Assembly: GCA_964057225.1 (NCBI GenBank)
Contig: CAXKVF010000072.1
Span: 434,001-498,000, forward strand
Direction: 5' to 3'
DNA: 64,000 nucleotides
DNA from: Auanema rhodensis
Lineage: Eukaryota > Animalia > Nematoda
Under the pieces are notes generated by a model. The model worked only from the letters and a program-made list of their open reading frames with translations. It was not told the origin of the DNA and made no database searches. A program made the translations under genes and the position numbers. Numbering within the stretch: the stretch's first letter is position 1; the number at the start of each line of letters is the position of its first letter. Below are positions 1 to 14,960 of the stretch, piece by piece.

Positions 1-176
1 ATGGTTACCATGAACCAATATCAATAAAAATTTGTTTTTAGACTAATATGGACATGGGGAATCTAATTTTGAAAACCGCATCTCTTTATCTTTCACGTGA
101 AGCGAGTTACATACCAAGTGCACATCACGTGTACATTTAATTAGCATAAATTAAAGTTCACGTAAATTTCAAAGTC
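1..176 (+). repeat. Representative satellite monomer (176 bp; consensus has 57/176 G+C and 5 CpG)
   Basis: First complete unit. It differs from the majority consensus only at position 13 (A instead of C). It contains GGTTACC, TTCACGTGAA (92-101), GTGCAC (118-123), ATCACGTG (124-131), TGTACA (130-135) and TTCACGTAAA (157-166). Confidence 0.98.
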
Positions 177-3100
177 ATGGTTACCATGCACCAATATCAA
201 TAAAAATTTGTTTTTAGACTAATATGGACATGGGGAATCTAATTTTGAAAACCGCATCTCTTCATCTTTCACGTGAAGCGAGTTACATACCAAGTGCACA
301 TCACGTGTACATTTAATTAGCATAAATTAAAGTTCACGTAAATTTCAAAGTCATGGTTACCATGCACCAATATCAATAAAAATTTGTTTTTAGACTAATA
401 TGGACATGGGGAATCTAATTTTGAAAACCGCATCTCTTCATCTTTCACGTGAAGCGAGTTACATACCAAGTGCACATCAAGTGTACATTTAATTAGCATA
501 AATTAAAGTTCACGTAAATTTCAAAGTCATGGTTACCATGGACCAATATCAATAAAAATTTGTTTTTAGACTAATATGGACATGGGGAATCTAATTTTGA
601 AAACCGCATCTCTTTATCTTTCACGTGAAGCGAGTTACATACCAAGTGCACATCACGTGTACATTTAATTAGCATAAATTAAAGTTCACGTAAATTTCAA
701 AGTCATGGTTACCATGCACCAATATCAATAAAAATTTGTTTTTAGACTAATATGGACATGAGGAATCTAATTTTGAAAACCGCATCTCTTTATCTTTCAC
801 GTGAAGCGAGTTACATACCAAGTGCACATCACGTGTACATTTAATTAGCATAAATTAAAGTTCACGTAAATTTCAAAGTCATGGTTACCATGAACCAATA
901 TCAATAAAAATTTGTTTTTAGACTAATATGGACATGGGGAATCTAATTTTGAAAACCGCATCTCTTTATCTTTCACGTGAAGCGAGTTACATACCAAGTG
1001 CACATCACGTGTACATTTAATTAGCATAAATTAAAGTTCACGTAAATTTCAAAGTCATGGTTACCATGCACCAATATCAATAAAAATTTGTTTTTAGACT
1101 AATATGGACATGGGGAATCTAATTTTGAAAACCGCATCTCTTCATCTTTCACGTGAAGCGAGTTACATACCAAGTGCACATCACGTGTACATTTAATTAG
1201 CATAAATTAAAGTTCACGTAAATTTCAAAGTCATGGTTACCATGCACCAATATCAATAAAAATTTGTTTTTAGACTAATATGGACATGGGGAATCTAATT
1301 TTGAAAACCGCATCTCTTCATCTTTCACGTGAAGCGAGTTACATACCAAGTGCACATCAAGTGTACATTTAATTAGCATAAATTAAAGTTCACGTAAATT
1401 TCAAAGTCATGGTTACCATGAACCAATATCAATAAAAATTTGTTTTTAGACTAATATGGACATGGGGAATCTAATTTTGAAAACCGCATCTCTTTATCTT
1501 TCACGTGAAGCGAGTTACATACCAAGTGCACATCACGTGTACATTTAATTAGCATAAATTAAAGTTCACGTAAATTTCAAAGTCATGGTTACCATGCACC
1601 AATATCAATAAAAATTTGTTTTTAGACTAATATGGACATGAGGAATCTAATTTTGAAAACCGCATCTCTTTATCTTTCACGTGAAGCGAGTTACATACCA
1701 AGTGCACATCACGTGTACATTTAATTAGCATAAATTAAAGTTCACGTAAATTTCAAAGTCATGGTTACCATGCACCAATATCAATAAAAATTTGTTTTTA
1801 GACTAATATGGACATGAGGAATCTAATTTTGAAAACCGCATCTCTTTATCTTTCACGTGAAGCGAGTTACATACCAAGTGCACATCACGTGTACATTTAA
1901 TTAGCATAAATTAAAGTTCACGTAAATTTCAAAGTCGTGGTTACCATGCACCAATATCAATAAAAATTCGTTTTTAGACTAATATGGACATGGGGAATCT
2001 AATTTTGAAAACCGCATCTCTTTATCTTTCACGTGAAGCGAGTTACATACCAAGTGCACATCAAGTGTACATTTAATTAGCATAAATTAAAGTTCACGTA
2101 AATTTCAAAGTCATGGTTACCATGCACCAATATCAATAAAAATTCGTTTTTAGACTAATATGGACATGGGGAATCTAATTTTGAAAACCGCATCTCTTTA
2201 TCTTTCACGTGAAGCGAGTTACATACCAAGTGCACATCACGTGTACATTTAATTAGCATAAATTAAAGTTCACGTAAATTTCAAAGTCGTGGTTACCATG
2301 CACCAATATCAATAAAAATTCGTTTTTAGACTAATATGGACATGGGGAATCTAACTTTGAAAACCGCATCTCTTTATCTTTCACGTGAAGCGAGTTACAT
2401 ACCAAGTGCACATCACGTGTACATTTAATTAGCATAAATTAAAGTTCACGTAAATTTCAAAGTCATGGTTACCATGCACCAATATCAATAAAAATTTGTT
2501 TTTAGACTAATATGGACATGGGGAATCTAATTTTGAAAACCGCATCTCTTTATCTTTCACGTGAAGCGAGTTACATACCAAGTGCACATCACGTGTACAT
2601 TTAATTAGCATAAATTAAAGTTCACGTAAATTTCAAAGTCATGGTTACCATGCACCAATATCAATAAAAATTTGTTTTTAGACTAATATGGACATGGGGA
2701 ATCTAATTTTGAAAACCGCATCTCTTCATCTTTCACGTGAAGCGAGTTACATACCAAGTGCACATCAAGTGTACATTTAATTAGCATAAATTAAAGTTCA
2801 CGTAATTTTCAAAGTCATGGTTACCATGCACCAATATCAATAAAAATTTGTTTTTAGACTAATATGGACATGGGGAATCTAATTTTGAAAATCGCATCTC
2901 TTTATCTTTCACGTGAAGCGAGTTACATACCAAGTGCACATCAAGTGTACATTTAATTAGCATAAATTAAAGTTCACGTAAATTTCAAAGTCATGGTTAC
3001 CATGCACCAATATCAATAAAAATTCGTTTTTAGACTAATATGGACATGGGGAATCTAATTTTGAAAACCGCATCTCTTTATCTTTCACGTGAAGCGAGTT

Positions 3101-6100
3101 ACATACCAAGTGCACATCACGTGTACATTTAATTAGCATAAATTAAAGTTCACGTAAATTTCAAAGTCGTGGTTACCATGCACCAATATCAATAAAAATT
3201 CGTTTTTAGACTAATATGGACATGGGGAATCTAACTTTGAAAACCGCATCTCTTTATCTTTCACGTGAAGCGAGTTACATACCAAGTGCACATCACGTGT
3301 ACATTTAATTAGCATAAATTAAAGTTCACGTAAATTTCAAAGTCATGGTTACCATGCACCAATATCAATAAAAATTTGTTTTTAGACTAATATGGACATG
3401 GGGAATCTAATTTTGAAAACCGCATCTCTTTATCTTTCACGTGAAGCGAGTTACATACCAAGTGCACATCACGTGTACATTTAATTAGCATAAATTAAAG
3501 TTCACGTAAATTTCAAAGTCATGGTTACCATGCACCAATATCAATAAAAATTTGTTTTTAGACTAATATGGACATGGGGAATCTAATTTTGAAAACCGCA
3601 TCTTTTCATCTTTCACGTGAAGCGAGTTACATACCAAGTGCACATCAAGTGTACATTTAATTAGCATAAATTAAAGTTCACGTAAATTTCAAAGTCATGG
3701 TTACCATGCACCAATATCAATAAAAATTTGTTTTTAGACTAATATGGACATGGGGAATCTAATTTTGAAAACCGCATCTCTTTATCTTTCACGTGAAGCG
3801 AGTTACATACCAAGTGCACATCACGTGTACATTTAATTAGCATAAATTAAAGTTCACGTAAATTTCAAAGTCATGGTTACCATGCACCAATATCAATAAA
3901 AATTTGTTTTTAGACTAATATGGACATGGGGAATCTAATTTTGAAAACCGCATCTCTTTATCTTTCACGTGAAGCGAGTTACATACCAAGTGCACATCAC
4001 GTGTACATTTAATTAGCATAAATTAAAGTTCACGTAAATTTCAAAGTCATGGTTACCATGAACCAATATCAATAAAAATTTGTTTTTAGACTAATATGGA
4101 CATGGGGAATCTAATTTTGAAAACCGCATCTCTTTATCTTTCACGTGAAGCGAGTTACATACCAAGTGCACATCACGTGTACATTTAATTAGCATAAATT
4201 AAAGTTCACGTAAATTTCAAAGTCATGGTTACCATGCACCAATATCAATAAAAATTTGTTTTTAGACTAATATGGACATGAGGAATCTAATTTTGAAAAC
4301 CGCATCTCTTTATCTTTCACGTGAAGCGAGTTACATACCAAGTGCACATCACGTGTACATTTAATTAGCATAAATTAAAGTTCACGTAAATTTCAAAGTC
4401 ATGGTTACCATGCACCAATATCAATAAAAATTTGTTTTTAGACTAATATGGACATGAGGAATCTAATTTTGAAAACCGCATCTCTTTATCTTTCACGTGA
4501 AGCGAGTTACATACCAAATGCACATCACGTGTACATTTAATTAGCATAAATTAAAGTTCACGTAAATTTCAAAGTCGTGGTTACCATGCACCAATATCAA
4601 TAAAAATTCGTTTTTAGACTAATATGGACATGGGGAATCTAATTTTGAAAACCGCATCTCTTTATCTTTCACGTGAAGCGAGTTACATACCAAGTGCACA
4701 TCACGTGTACATTTAATTAGCATAAATTAAAGTTCACGTAAATTTCAAAGTCATGGTTACCATGCACCAATATCAATAAAAATTTGTTTTTAGACTAATA
4801 TGGACATGGGGAATCTAATTTTGAAAACCGCATCTCTTTATCTTTCACGTGAAGCGAGTTACATACAAAGTGCACATCACGTGTACATTTAATTAGCATA
4901 AATTAAAGTTCACGTAAATTTCAAAGTCGTGGTTACCATGCACCAATATCAATAAAAATTCGTTTTTAGACTAATATGGACATGGGGAATCTAATTTTGA
5001 AAACCGCATCTCTTTATCTTTCACGTGAAGCGAGTTACATACCAAGTGCACATCACGTGTACATTTAATTAGCATAAATTAAAGTTCACGTAAATTTCAA
5101 AGTCATGGTTACCATGCACCAATATCAATAAAAATTCGTTTTTAGACTAATATGGACATGGGGAATCTAATTTTGAAAACCGCATCTCTTTATCTTTCAC
5201 GTGAAGCGAGTTACATACCAAGTGCACATCACGTGTACATTTAATTAGCATAAATTAAAGTTCACGTAAATTTCAAAGTCGTGGTTACCATGCACCAATA
5301 TCAATAAAAATTCGTTTTTAGACTAATATGGACATGGGGAATCTAATTTTGAAAACCGCATCTCTTTATCTTTCACGTGAAGCGAGTTACATACCAAGTG
5401 CACATCACGTGTACATTTAATTAGCATAAATTAAAGTTCACGTAAATTTCAAAGTCATGGTTACCATGCACCAATATCAATAAAAATTCGTTTTTAGACT
5501 AATATGGACATGGGGAATCTAATTTTGAAAACCGCATCTCTTTATCTTTCACGTGAAGCGAGTTACATACCAAGTGCACATCACGTGTACATTTAATTAG
5601 CATAAATTAAAGTTCACGTAAATTTCAAAGTCGTGGTTACCATGCACCAATATCAATAAAAATTCGTTTTTAGACTAATATGGACATGGGGAATCTAACT
5701 TTGAAAACCGCATCTCTTTATCTTTCACGTGAAGCGAGTTACATACCAAGTGCACATCACGTGTACATTTAATTAGCATAAATTAAAGTTCACGTAAATT
5801 TCAAAGTCATGGTTACCATGCACCAATATCAATAAAAATTCGTTTTTAGACTAATATGGACATGGGGAATCTAATTTTGAAAACCGCATCTCTTTATCTT
5901 TCACGTGAAGCGAGTTAAATACCAAGTGCACATCACGTGTACATTTAATTAGCATAAATTAAAGTTCACGTAAATTTCAAAGTCGTGGTTACCATGCACC
6001 AATATCAATAAAAATTCGTTTTTAGACTAATATGGACATGGGGAATCTAACTTTGAAAACCGCATCTCTTTATCTTTCACGTGAAGCGAGTTACATACCA

Positions 6101-9100
6101 AGTGCACATCACGTGTACATTTAATTAGCATAAATTAAAGTTCACGTAAATTTCAAAGTCATGGTTACCATGCACCAATATCAATAAAAATTTGTTTTTA
6201 GACTAATATGGACATGAGGAATCTAATTTTGAAAACCGCATCTCTTTATCTTTCACGTGAAGCGAGTTACATACCAAATGCACATCACGTGTACATTTAA
6301 TTAGCATAAATTAAAGTTCACGTAAATTTCAAAGTCGTGGTTACCATGCACCAATATCAATAAAAATTCGTTTTTAGACTAATATGGACATGGGGAATCT
6401 AATTTTGAAAACCGCATCTCTTTATCTTTCACGTGAAGCGAGTTACATACCAAGTGCACATCACGTGTACATTTAATTAGCATAAATTAAAGTTCACGTA
6501 AATTTCAAAGTCATGGTTACCATGCACCAATATCAATAAAAATTTGTTTTTAGACTAATATGGACATGGGGAATCTAATTTTGAAAACCGCATCTCTTTA
6601 TCTTTCACGTGAAGCGAGTTACATACAAAGTGCACATCACGTGTACATTTAATTAGCATAAATTAAAGTTCACGTAAATTTCAAAGTCGTGGTTACCATG
6701 CACCAATATCAATAAAAATTCGTTTTTAGACTAATATGGACATGGGGAATCTAATTTTGAAAACCGCATCTCTTTATCTTTCACGTGAAGCGAGTTACAT
6801 ACCAAGTGCACATCACGTGTACATTTAATTAGCATAAATTAAAGTTCACGTAAATTTCAAAGTCATGGTTACCATGCACCAATATCAATAAAAATTCGTT
6901 TTTAGACTAATATGGACATGGGGAATCTAACTTTGAAAACCGCATCTCTTTATCTTTCACGTGAAGCGAGTTACATACCAAGTGCACATCACGTGTACAT
7001 TTAATTAGCATAAATTAAAGTTCACGTAAATTTCAAAGTCATGGTTACCATGCACCAATATCAATAAAAATTTGTTTTTAGACTAATATGGACATGGGGA
7101 ATCTAATTTTGAAAACCGCATCTCTTCATCTTTCACGTGAAGCGAGTTACATACCAAGTGCACATCAAGTGTACATTTAATTAGCATAAATTAAAGTTCA
7201 CGTAAATTTCAAAGTCATGGTTACCATGCACCAATATCAATAAAAATTTGTTTTTAGACTAATATGGACATGGGGAATCTAATTTTGAAAATCGCATCTC
7301 TTTATCTTTCACGTGAAGCGAGTTACATACCAAGTGCACATCACGTGTACATTTAATTAGCATAAATTAAAGTTCACGTAAGTTTCAAAGTCATGGTTAC
7401 CATGCACCAATATCAATAAAAATTTGTTTTTAGACTAATATGGACATGGGGAATCTAATTTTGAAAACCGCATCTCTTTATCTTTCACGTGAACCGAGTT
7501 ACATACCAAGTGCACATCACGTGTACATTTAATTAGCATAAATTAAAGTTCACGTAAATTTCAAAGTCATGGTTACCATGAACCAATATCAATAAAAATT
7601 TGTTTTTAGACTAATATGGACATGGGGAATCTAATTTTGAAAACCGCATCTCTTTATCTTTCACGTGAAGCGAGTTACATACCAAGTGCACATCACGTGT
7701 ACATTTAATTAGCATAAATTAAAGTTCACGTAAATTTCAAAGTCATGGTTACCATGCACCAATATCAATAAAAATTTGTTTTTAGACTAATATGGACATG
7801 AGGAATCTAATTTTGAAAACCGCATCTCTTTATCTTTCACGTGAAGCGAGTTACATACCAAGTGCACATCACGTGTACATTTAATTAGCATAAATTAAAG
7901 TTCACGTAAATTTCAAAGTCATGGTTACCATGCACCAATATCAATAAAAATTTGTTTTTAGACTAATATGGACATGAGGAATCTAATTTTGAAAACCGCA
8001 TCTCTTTATCTTTCACGTGAAGCGAGTTACATACCAAATGCACATCACGTGTACATTTAATTAGCATAAATTAAAGTTCACGTAAATTTCAAAGTCGTGG
8101 TTACCATGCACCAATATCAATAAAAATTCGTTTTTAGACTAATATGGACATGGGGAATCTAATTTTGAAAACCGCATCTCTTTATCTTTCACGTGAAGCG
8201 AGTTACATACCAAGTGCACATCACGTGTACATTTAATTAGCATAAATTAAAGTTCACGTAAATTTCAAAGTCATGGTTACCATGCACCAATATCAATAAA
8301 AATTTGTTTTTAGACTAATATGGACATGGGGAATCTAATTTTGAAAACCGCATCTCTTTATCTTTCACGTGAAGCGAGTTACATACCAAGTGCACATCAC
8401 GTGTACATTTAATTAGCATAAATTAAAGTTCACGTAAATTTCAAAGTCGTGGTTACCATGCACCAATATCAATAAAAATTCGTTTTTAGACTAATATGGA
8501 CATGGGGAATCTAATTTTGAAAACCGCATCTCTTTATCTTTCACGTGAAGCGAGTTACATACCAAGTGCACATCACGTGTACATTTAATTAGCATAAATT
8601 AAAGTTCACGTAAATTTCAAAGTCATGGTTACCATGCACCAATATCAATAAAAATTCGTTTTTAGACTAATATGGACATGGGGAATCTAATTTTGAAAAC
8701 CGCATCTCTTTATCTTTCACGTGAAGCGAGTTACATACCAAGTGCACATCACGTGTACATTTAATTAGCATAAATTAAAGTTCACGTAAATTTCAAAGTC
8801 GTGGTTACCATGCACCAATATCAATAAAAATTCGTTTTTAGACTAATATGGACATGGGGAATCTAACTTTGAAAACCGCATCTCTTTATCTTTCACGTGA
8901 AGCGAGTTACATACCAAGTGCACATCACGTGTACATTTAATTAGCATAAATTAAAGTTCACGTAAATTTCAAAGTCATGGTTACCATGCACCAATATCAA
9001 TAAAAATTTGTTTTTAGACTAATATGGACATGGGGAATCTAATTTCGAAAACCGCATCTCTTTATCTTTCACGTGAAGCGAGTTACATACCAAGTGCACA

Positions 9101-12100
9101 TCACGTGTACATTTAATTAGCATAAATTAAAGTTCACGTAAATTTCAAAGTCATGGTTACCATGCACCAATATCAATAAAAATTTGTTTTTAGACTAATA
9201 TGGACATGGGGAATCTAATTTTGAAAACCGCATCTCTTCATCTTTCACGTGAAGCGAGTTACATACCAAGTGCACATCAAGTGTACATTTAATTAGCATA
9301 AATTAAAGTTCACGTAAATTTCAAAGTCATGGTTACCATGAACCAATATCAATAAAAATTTGTTTTTAGACTAATATGGACATGGGGAATCTAATTTTGA
9401 AAATCGCATCTCTTTATCTTTCACGTGAAGCGAGTTACATACCAAGTGCACATCACGTGTACATTTAATTAGCATAAATTAAAGTTCACGTAAATTTCAA
9501 AGTCATGGTTACCATGCACCAATATCAATAAAAATTTGTTTTTAGACTAATATGGACATGGGGAATCTAATTTTGAAAACCGCATCTCTTTATCTTTCAC
9601 GTGAAGCGAGTTACATACCAAGTGCACATCACGTGTACATTTAATTAGCATAAATTAAAGTTCACGTAAAATTCAAAGTCATGGTTACCATGAACCAATA
9701 TCAATAAAAATTTGTTTTTAGACTAATATGGACATGGGGAATCTAATTTTGAAAACCGCATCTCTTTATCTTTCACGTGAAGCGAGTTACATACCAAGTG
9801 CACATCACGTGTACATTTAATTAGCATAAATTAAAGTTCACGTAAATTTCAAAGTCATGGTTACCATGCACCAATATCAATAAAAATTTGTTTTTAGACT
9901 AATATGGACATGAGGAATCTAATTTTGAAAACCGCATCTCTTTATCTTTCACGTGAAGCGAGTTACATACCAAGTGCACATCACGTGTACATTTAATTAG
10001 CATAAATTAAAGTTCACGTAAATTTCAAAGTCATGGTTACCATGCACCAATATCAATTAAAATTTGTTTTTAGACTAATATGGACATGAGGAATCTAATT
10101 TTGAAAACCGCATCTCTTTATCTTTCACGTGAAGCGAGTTACATACCAAATGCACATCACGTGTACATTTAATTAGCATAAATTAAAGTTCACGTAAATT
10201 TCAAAGTCGTGGTTACCATGCACCAATATCAATAAAAATTCGTTTTTAGACTAATATGGACATGGGGAATCTAATTTTGAAAACCGCATCTCTTTATCTT
10301 TCACGTGAAGCGAGTTACATACCAAGTGCACATCACGTGTACATTTAATTAGCATAAATTAAAGTTCACGTAAATTTCAAAGTCATGGTTACCATGCACC
10401 AATATCAATAAAAATTTGTTTTTAGACTAATATGGACATGGGGAATCTAATTTTGAAAACCGCATCTCTTTATCTTTCACGTTAAGCGAGTTACATACCA
10501 AGTGCACATCACGTGTACATTTAATTAGCATAAATTAAAGTTCACGTAAATTTCAAAGTCATGGTTACCATGCACCAATATCAATAAAAATTTGTTTTTA
10601 GACTAATATGGACATGGGGAATCTAATTTTGAAAACCGCATCTCTTTATCTTTCACGTGAAGCGAGTTACATACCAAGTGCACATCACGTGTACATTTAA
10701 TTAGCATAAATTAAAGTTCACGTAAATTTCAAAGTCATGGTTACCATGCACCAATATCAATAAAAATTTGTTTTTAGACTAATATGGACATGGGGAATCT
10801 AATTTTGAAAACCGCATCTCTTCATCTTTCACGTGAAGCGAGTTACATACCAAGTGCACATCACGTGTACATTTAATTAGCATAAATTAAAGTTCACGTA
10901 AATTTCAAAGTCATGGTTACCATGCACCAATATCAATAAAAATTTGTTTTTAGACTAATATGGACATGGGGAATCTAATTTTGAAAACCGCATCTCTTTA
11001 TCTTTCACGTGAAGCGAGTTACATACCAAGTGCACATCACGTGTACATTTAATTAGCATAAATTAAAGTTCACGTAAATTTCAAAGTCATGGTTACCATG
11101 CACCAATATCAATAAAAATTTGTTTTTAGACTAATATGGACATGGGGAATCTAATTTTGAAAACCGCATCTCTTTATCTTTCACGTGAAGCGAGTTACAT
11201 ACCAAGTGCACATCACGTGTACATTTAATTAGCATAAATTAAAGTTCACGTAAAATTCAAAGTCATGGTTACCATGAACCAATATCAATAAAAATTTGTT
11301 TTTAGACTAATATGGACATGGGGAATCTAATTTTGAAAACCGCATCTCTTTATCTTTCACGTGAAGCGAGTTACATACCAAGTGCACATCACGTGTACAT
11401 TTAATTAGCATAAATTAAAGTTCACGTAAATTTCAAAGTCATGGTTACCATGCACCAATATCAATAAAAATTTGTTTTTAGACTAATATGGACATGAGGA
11501 ATCTAATTTTGAAAACCGCATCTCTTTATCTTTCACGTGAAGCGAGTTACATACCAAGTGCACATCACGTGTACATTTAATTAGCATAAATTAAAGTTCA
11601 CGTAAATTTCAAAGACATGGTTACCATGCACCAATATCAATAAAAATTTGTTTTTAGACTAATATGGACATGAGGAATCTAATTTTGAAAACCGCATCTC
11701 TTTATCTTTCACTTGAAGCGAGTTACATACCAAATGCACATCACGTGTACATTTAATTAGCATAAATTAAAGTTCACGTAAATTTCAAAGTCGTGGTTAC
11801 CATGCACCAATATCAATAAAAATTCGTTTTTAGACTAATATGGACATGGGGAATCTAATTTTGAAAACCGCATCTCTTTATCTTTCACGTGAAGCGAGTT
11901 ACATACCAAGTGCACATCACGTGTACATTCAATTAGCATAAATTAAAGTTCACGTAAATTTCAAAGTCATGGTTACCATGCACCAATATCAATAAAAATT
12001 TGTTTTTAGACTAATATGGACATGGGGAATCTAATTTTGAAAACCGCATCTTTTCATCTTTCACGTGAAGCGAGTTACATACCAAGTGCACATCAAGTGT

Positions 12101-14960
12101 ACATTTAATTAGCATAAATTAAAGTTCACGTAAATTTCAAAGTCATGGTTACCATGCACCAATATCAATAAAAATTTGTTTTTAGACTAATATGGACATG
12201 GGGAATCTAATTTTGAAAATCGCATCTCTTTATCTTTCACGTGAAGCGAGTTACATACCAAGTGCACATCACGTGTACATTTAATTAGCATAAATTAAAG
12301 TTCACGTAAATTTCAAAGTCATGGTTACCATGCACCAATATCAATAAAAATTTGTTTTTAGACTAATATGGACATGGGGAATCTAATTTTGAAAACCGCA
12401 TCTCTTTATCTTTCACGTGAAGCGAGTTACATACCAAGTGCACATCACGTGTACATTTAATTAGCATAAATTAAAGTTCACGTAAATTTCAAAGTCATGG
12501 TTACCATGAACCAATATCAATAAAAATTTGTTTTTAGACTAATATGGACATGGGGAATCTAATTTTGAAAACCGCATCTCTTTATCTTTCACGTGAAGCG
12601 AGTTACATACCAAGTGCACATCACGTGTACATTTAATTAGCATAAATTAAAGTTCACGTAAATTTCAAAGTCATGGTTACCATGCACCAATATCAATAAA
12701 AATTTGTTTTTAGACTAATATGGACATGAGGAATCTAATTTTGAAAACCGCATCTCTTTATCTTTCACGTGAAGCGAGTTACATACCAAGTGCACATCAC
12801 GTGTACATTTAATTAGCATAAATTAAAGTTCACGTAAATTTCAAAGTCATGGTTACCATGCACCAATATCAATAAAAATTTGTTTTTAGACTAATATGGA
12901 CATGAGGAATCTAATTTTGAAAACCGCATCTCTTTATCTTTCACGTGAAGCGAGTTACATACCAAATGCACATCACGTGTACATTTAATTAGCATAAATT
13001 AAAGTTCACGTAAATTTCAAAGTCGTGGTTACCATGCACCAATATCAATAAAAATTCGTTTTTAGACTAATATGGACATGGGGAATCTAATTTTGAAAAC
13101 CGCATCTCTTTATCTTTCACGTGAAGCGAGTTACATACCAAGTGCACATCACGTGTACATTTAATTAGCATAAATTAAAGTTCACGTAAATTTCAAAGTC
13201 ATGGTTACCATGCACCAATATCAATAAAAATTTGTTTTTAGACTAATATGGACATGGGGAATCTAATTTTGAAAACCGCATCTCTTTATCTTTCACGTGA
13301 AGCGAGTTACATACAAAGTGCACATCACGTGTACATTTAATTAGCATAAATTAAAGTTCACGTAAATTTCAAAGTCGTGGTTACCATGCACCAATATCAA
13401 TAAAAATTCGTTTTTAGACTAATATGGACATGGGGAATCTAATTTTGAAAACCGCATCTCTTTATCTTTCACGTGAAGCGAGTTACATACCAAGTGCACA
13501 TCACGTGTACATTTAATTAGCATAAATTAAAGTTCACGTAAATTTCAAAGTCATGGTTACCATGCACCAATATCAATAAAAATTCGTTTTTAGACTAATA
13601 TGGACATGGGGAATCTAATTTTGAAAACCGCATCTCTTTATCTTTCACGTGAAGCGAGTTACATACCAAGTGCACATCACGTGTACATTTAATTAGCATA
13701 AATTAAAGTTCACGTAAATTTCAAAGTCGTGGTTACCATGCACCAATATCAATAAAAATTCGTTTTTAGACTAATATGGACATGGGGAATCTAATTTTGA
13801 AAACCGCATCTCTTTATCTTTCACGTGAAGCGAGTTACATACCAAGTGCACATCACGTGTACATTTAATTAGCATAAATTAAAGTTCACGTAAATTTCAA
13901 AGTCATGGTTACCATGCACCAATATCAATAAAAATTCGTTTTTAGACTAATATGGACATGGGGAATCTAATTTTGAAAACCGCATCTCTTTATCTTTCAC
14001 GTGAAGCGAGTTACATACCAAGTGCACATCACGTGTACATTTAATTAGCATAAATTAAAGTTCACGTAAATTTCAAAGTCGTGGTTACCATGCACCAATA
14101 TCAATAAAAATTCGTTTTTAGACTAATATGGACATGGGGAATCTAACTTTGAAAACCGCATCTCTTTATCTTTCACGTGAAGCGAGTTACATACCAAGTG
14201 CACATCACGTGTACATTTAATTAGCATAAATTAAAGTTCACGTAAATTTCAAAGTCATGGTTACCATGCACCAATATCAATAAAAATTCGTTTTTAGACT
14301 AATATGGACATGGGGAATCTAATTTTGAAAACCGCATCTCTTTATCTTTCACGTGAAGCGAGTTAAATACCAAGTGCACATCACGTGTACATTTAATTAG
14401 CATAAATTAAAGTTCACGTAAATTTCAAAGTCGTGGTTACCATGCACCAATATCAATAAAAATTCGTTTTTAGACTAATATGGACATGGGGAATCTAACT
14501 TTGAAAACCGCATCTCTTTATCTTTCACGTGAAGCGAGTTACATACCAAGTGCACATCACGTGTACATTTAATTAGCATAAATTAAAGTTCACGTAAATT
14601 TCAAAGTCATGGTTACCATGCACCAATATCAATAAAAATTTGTTTTTAGACTAATATGGACATGAGGAATCTAATTTTGAAAACCGCATCTCTTTATCTT
14701 TCACGTGAAGCGAGTTACATACCAAATGCACATCACGTGTACATTTAATTAGCATAAATTAAAGTTCACGTAAATTTCAAAGTCGTGGTTACCATGCACC
14801 AATATCAATAAAAATTCGTTTTTAGACTAATATGGACATGGGGAATCTAATTTTGAAAACCGCATCTCTTTATCTTTCACGTGAAGCGAGTTACATACCA
14901 AGTGCACATCACGTGTACATTTAATTAGCATAAATTAAAGTTCACGTAAATTTCAAAGTC

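Noticed and set aside
23-28. AATAAA polyadenylation signal in every monomer
   Set aside because: Expected by chance in 68% AT sequence, with no supporting transcript evidence.
48-140. 30-codon ORF in each monomer (MDMGNLILKTASLYLSREASYIPSAHHVYI*)
   Set aside because: Short, with no recognisable homology and an expected chance occurrence. The 176-bp period is not a multiple of 3, so no repeat protein is encoded.
1-176. Assignment to a named satellite family or organism, or to a 5S rDNA/tRNA tandem unit
   Set aside because: The length matches some known centromeric satellites, but I do not recognise the sequence. It has no similarity to 5S rRNA or tRNA, and a database search is needed.
1966-1982. 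Possible CENP-B box created by the C33 variant (TTCG)
   Set aside because: The rest of the NTTCGNNNNANNCGGGN consensus is absent (TTCGTTTTTAGACTA).
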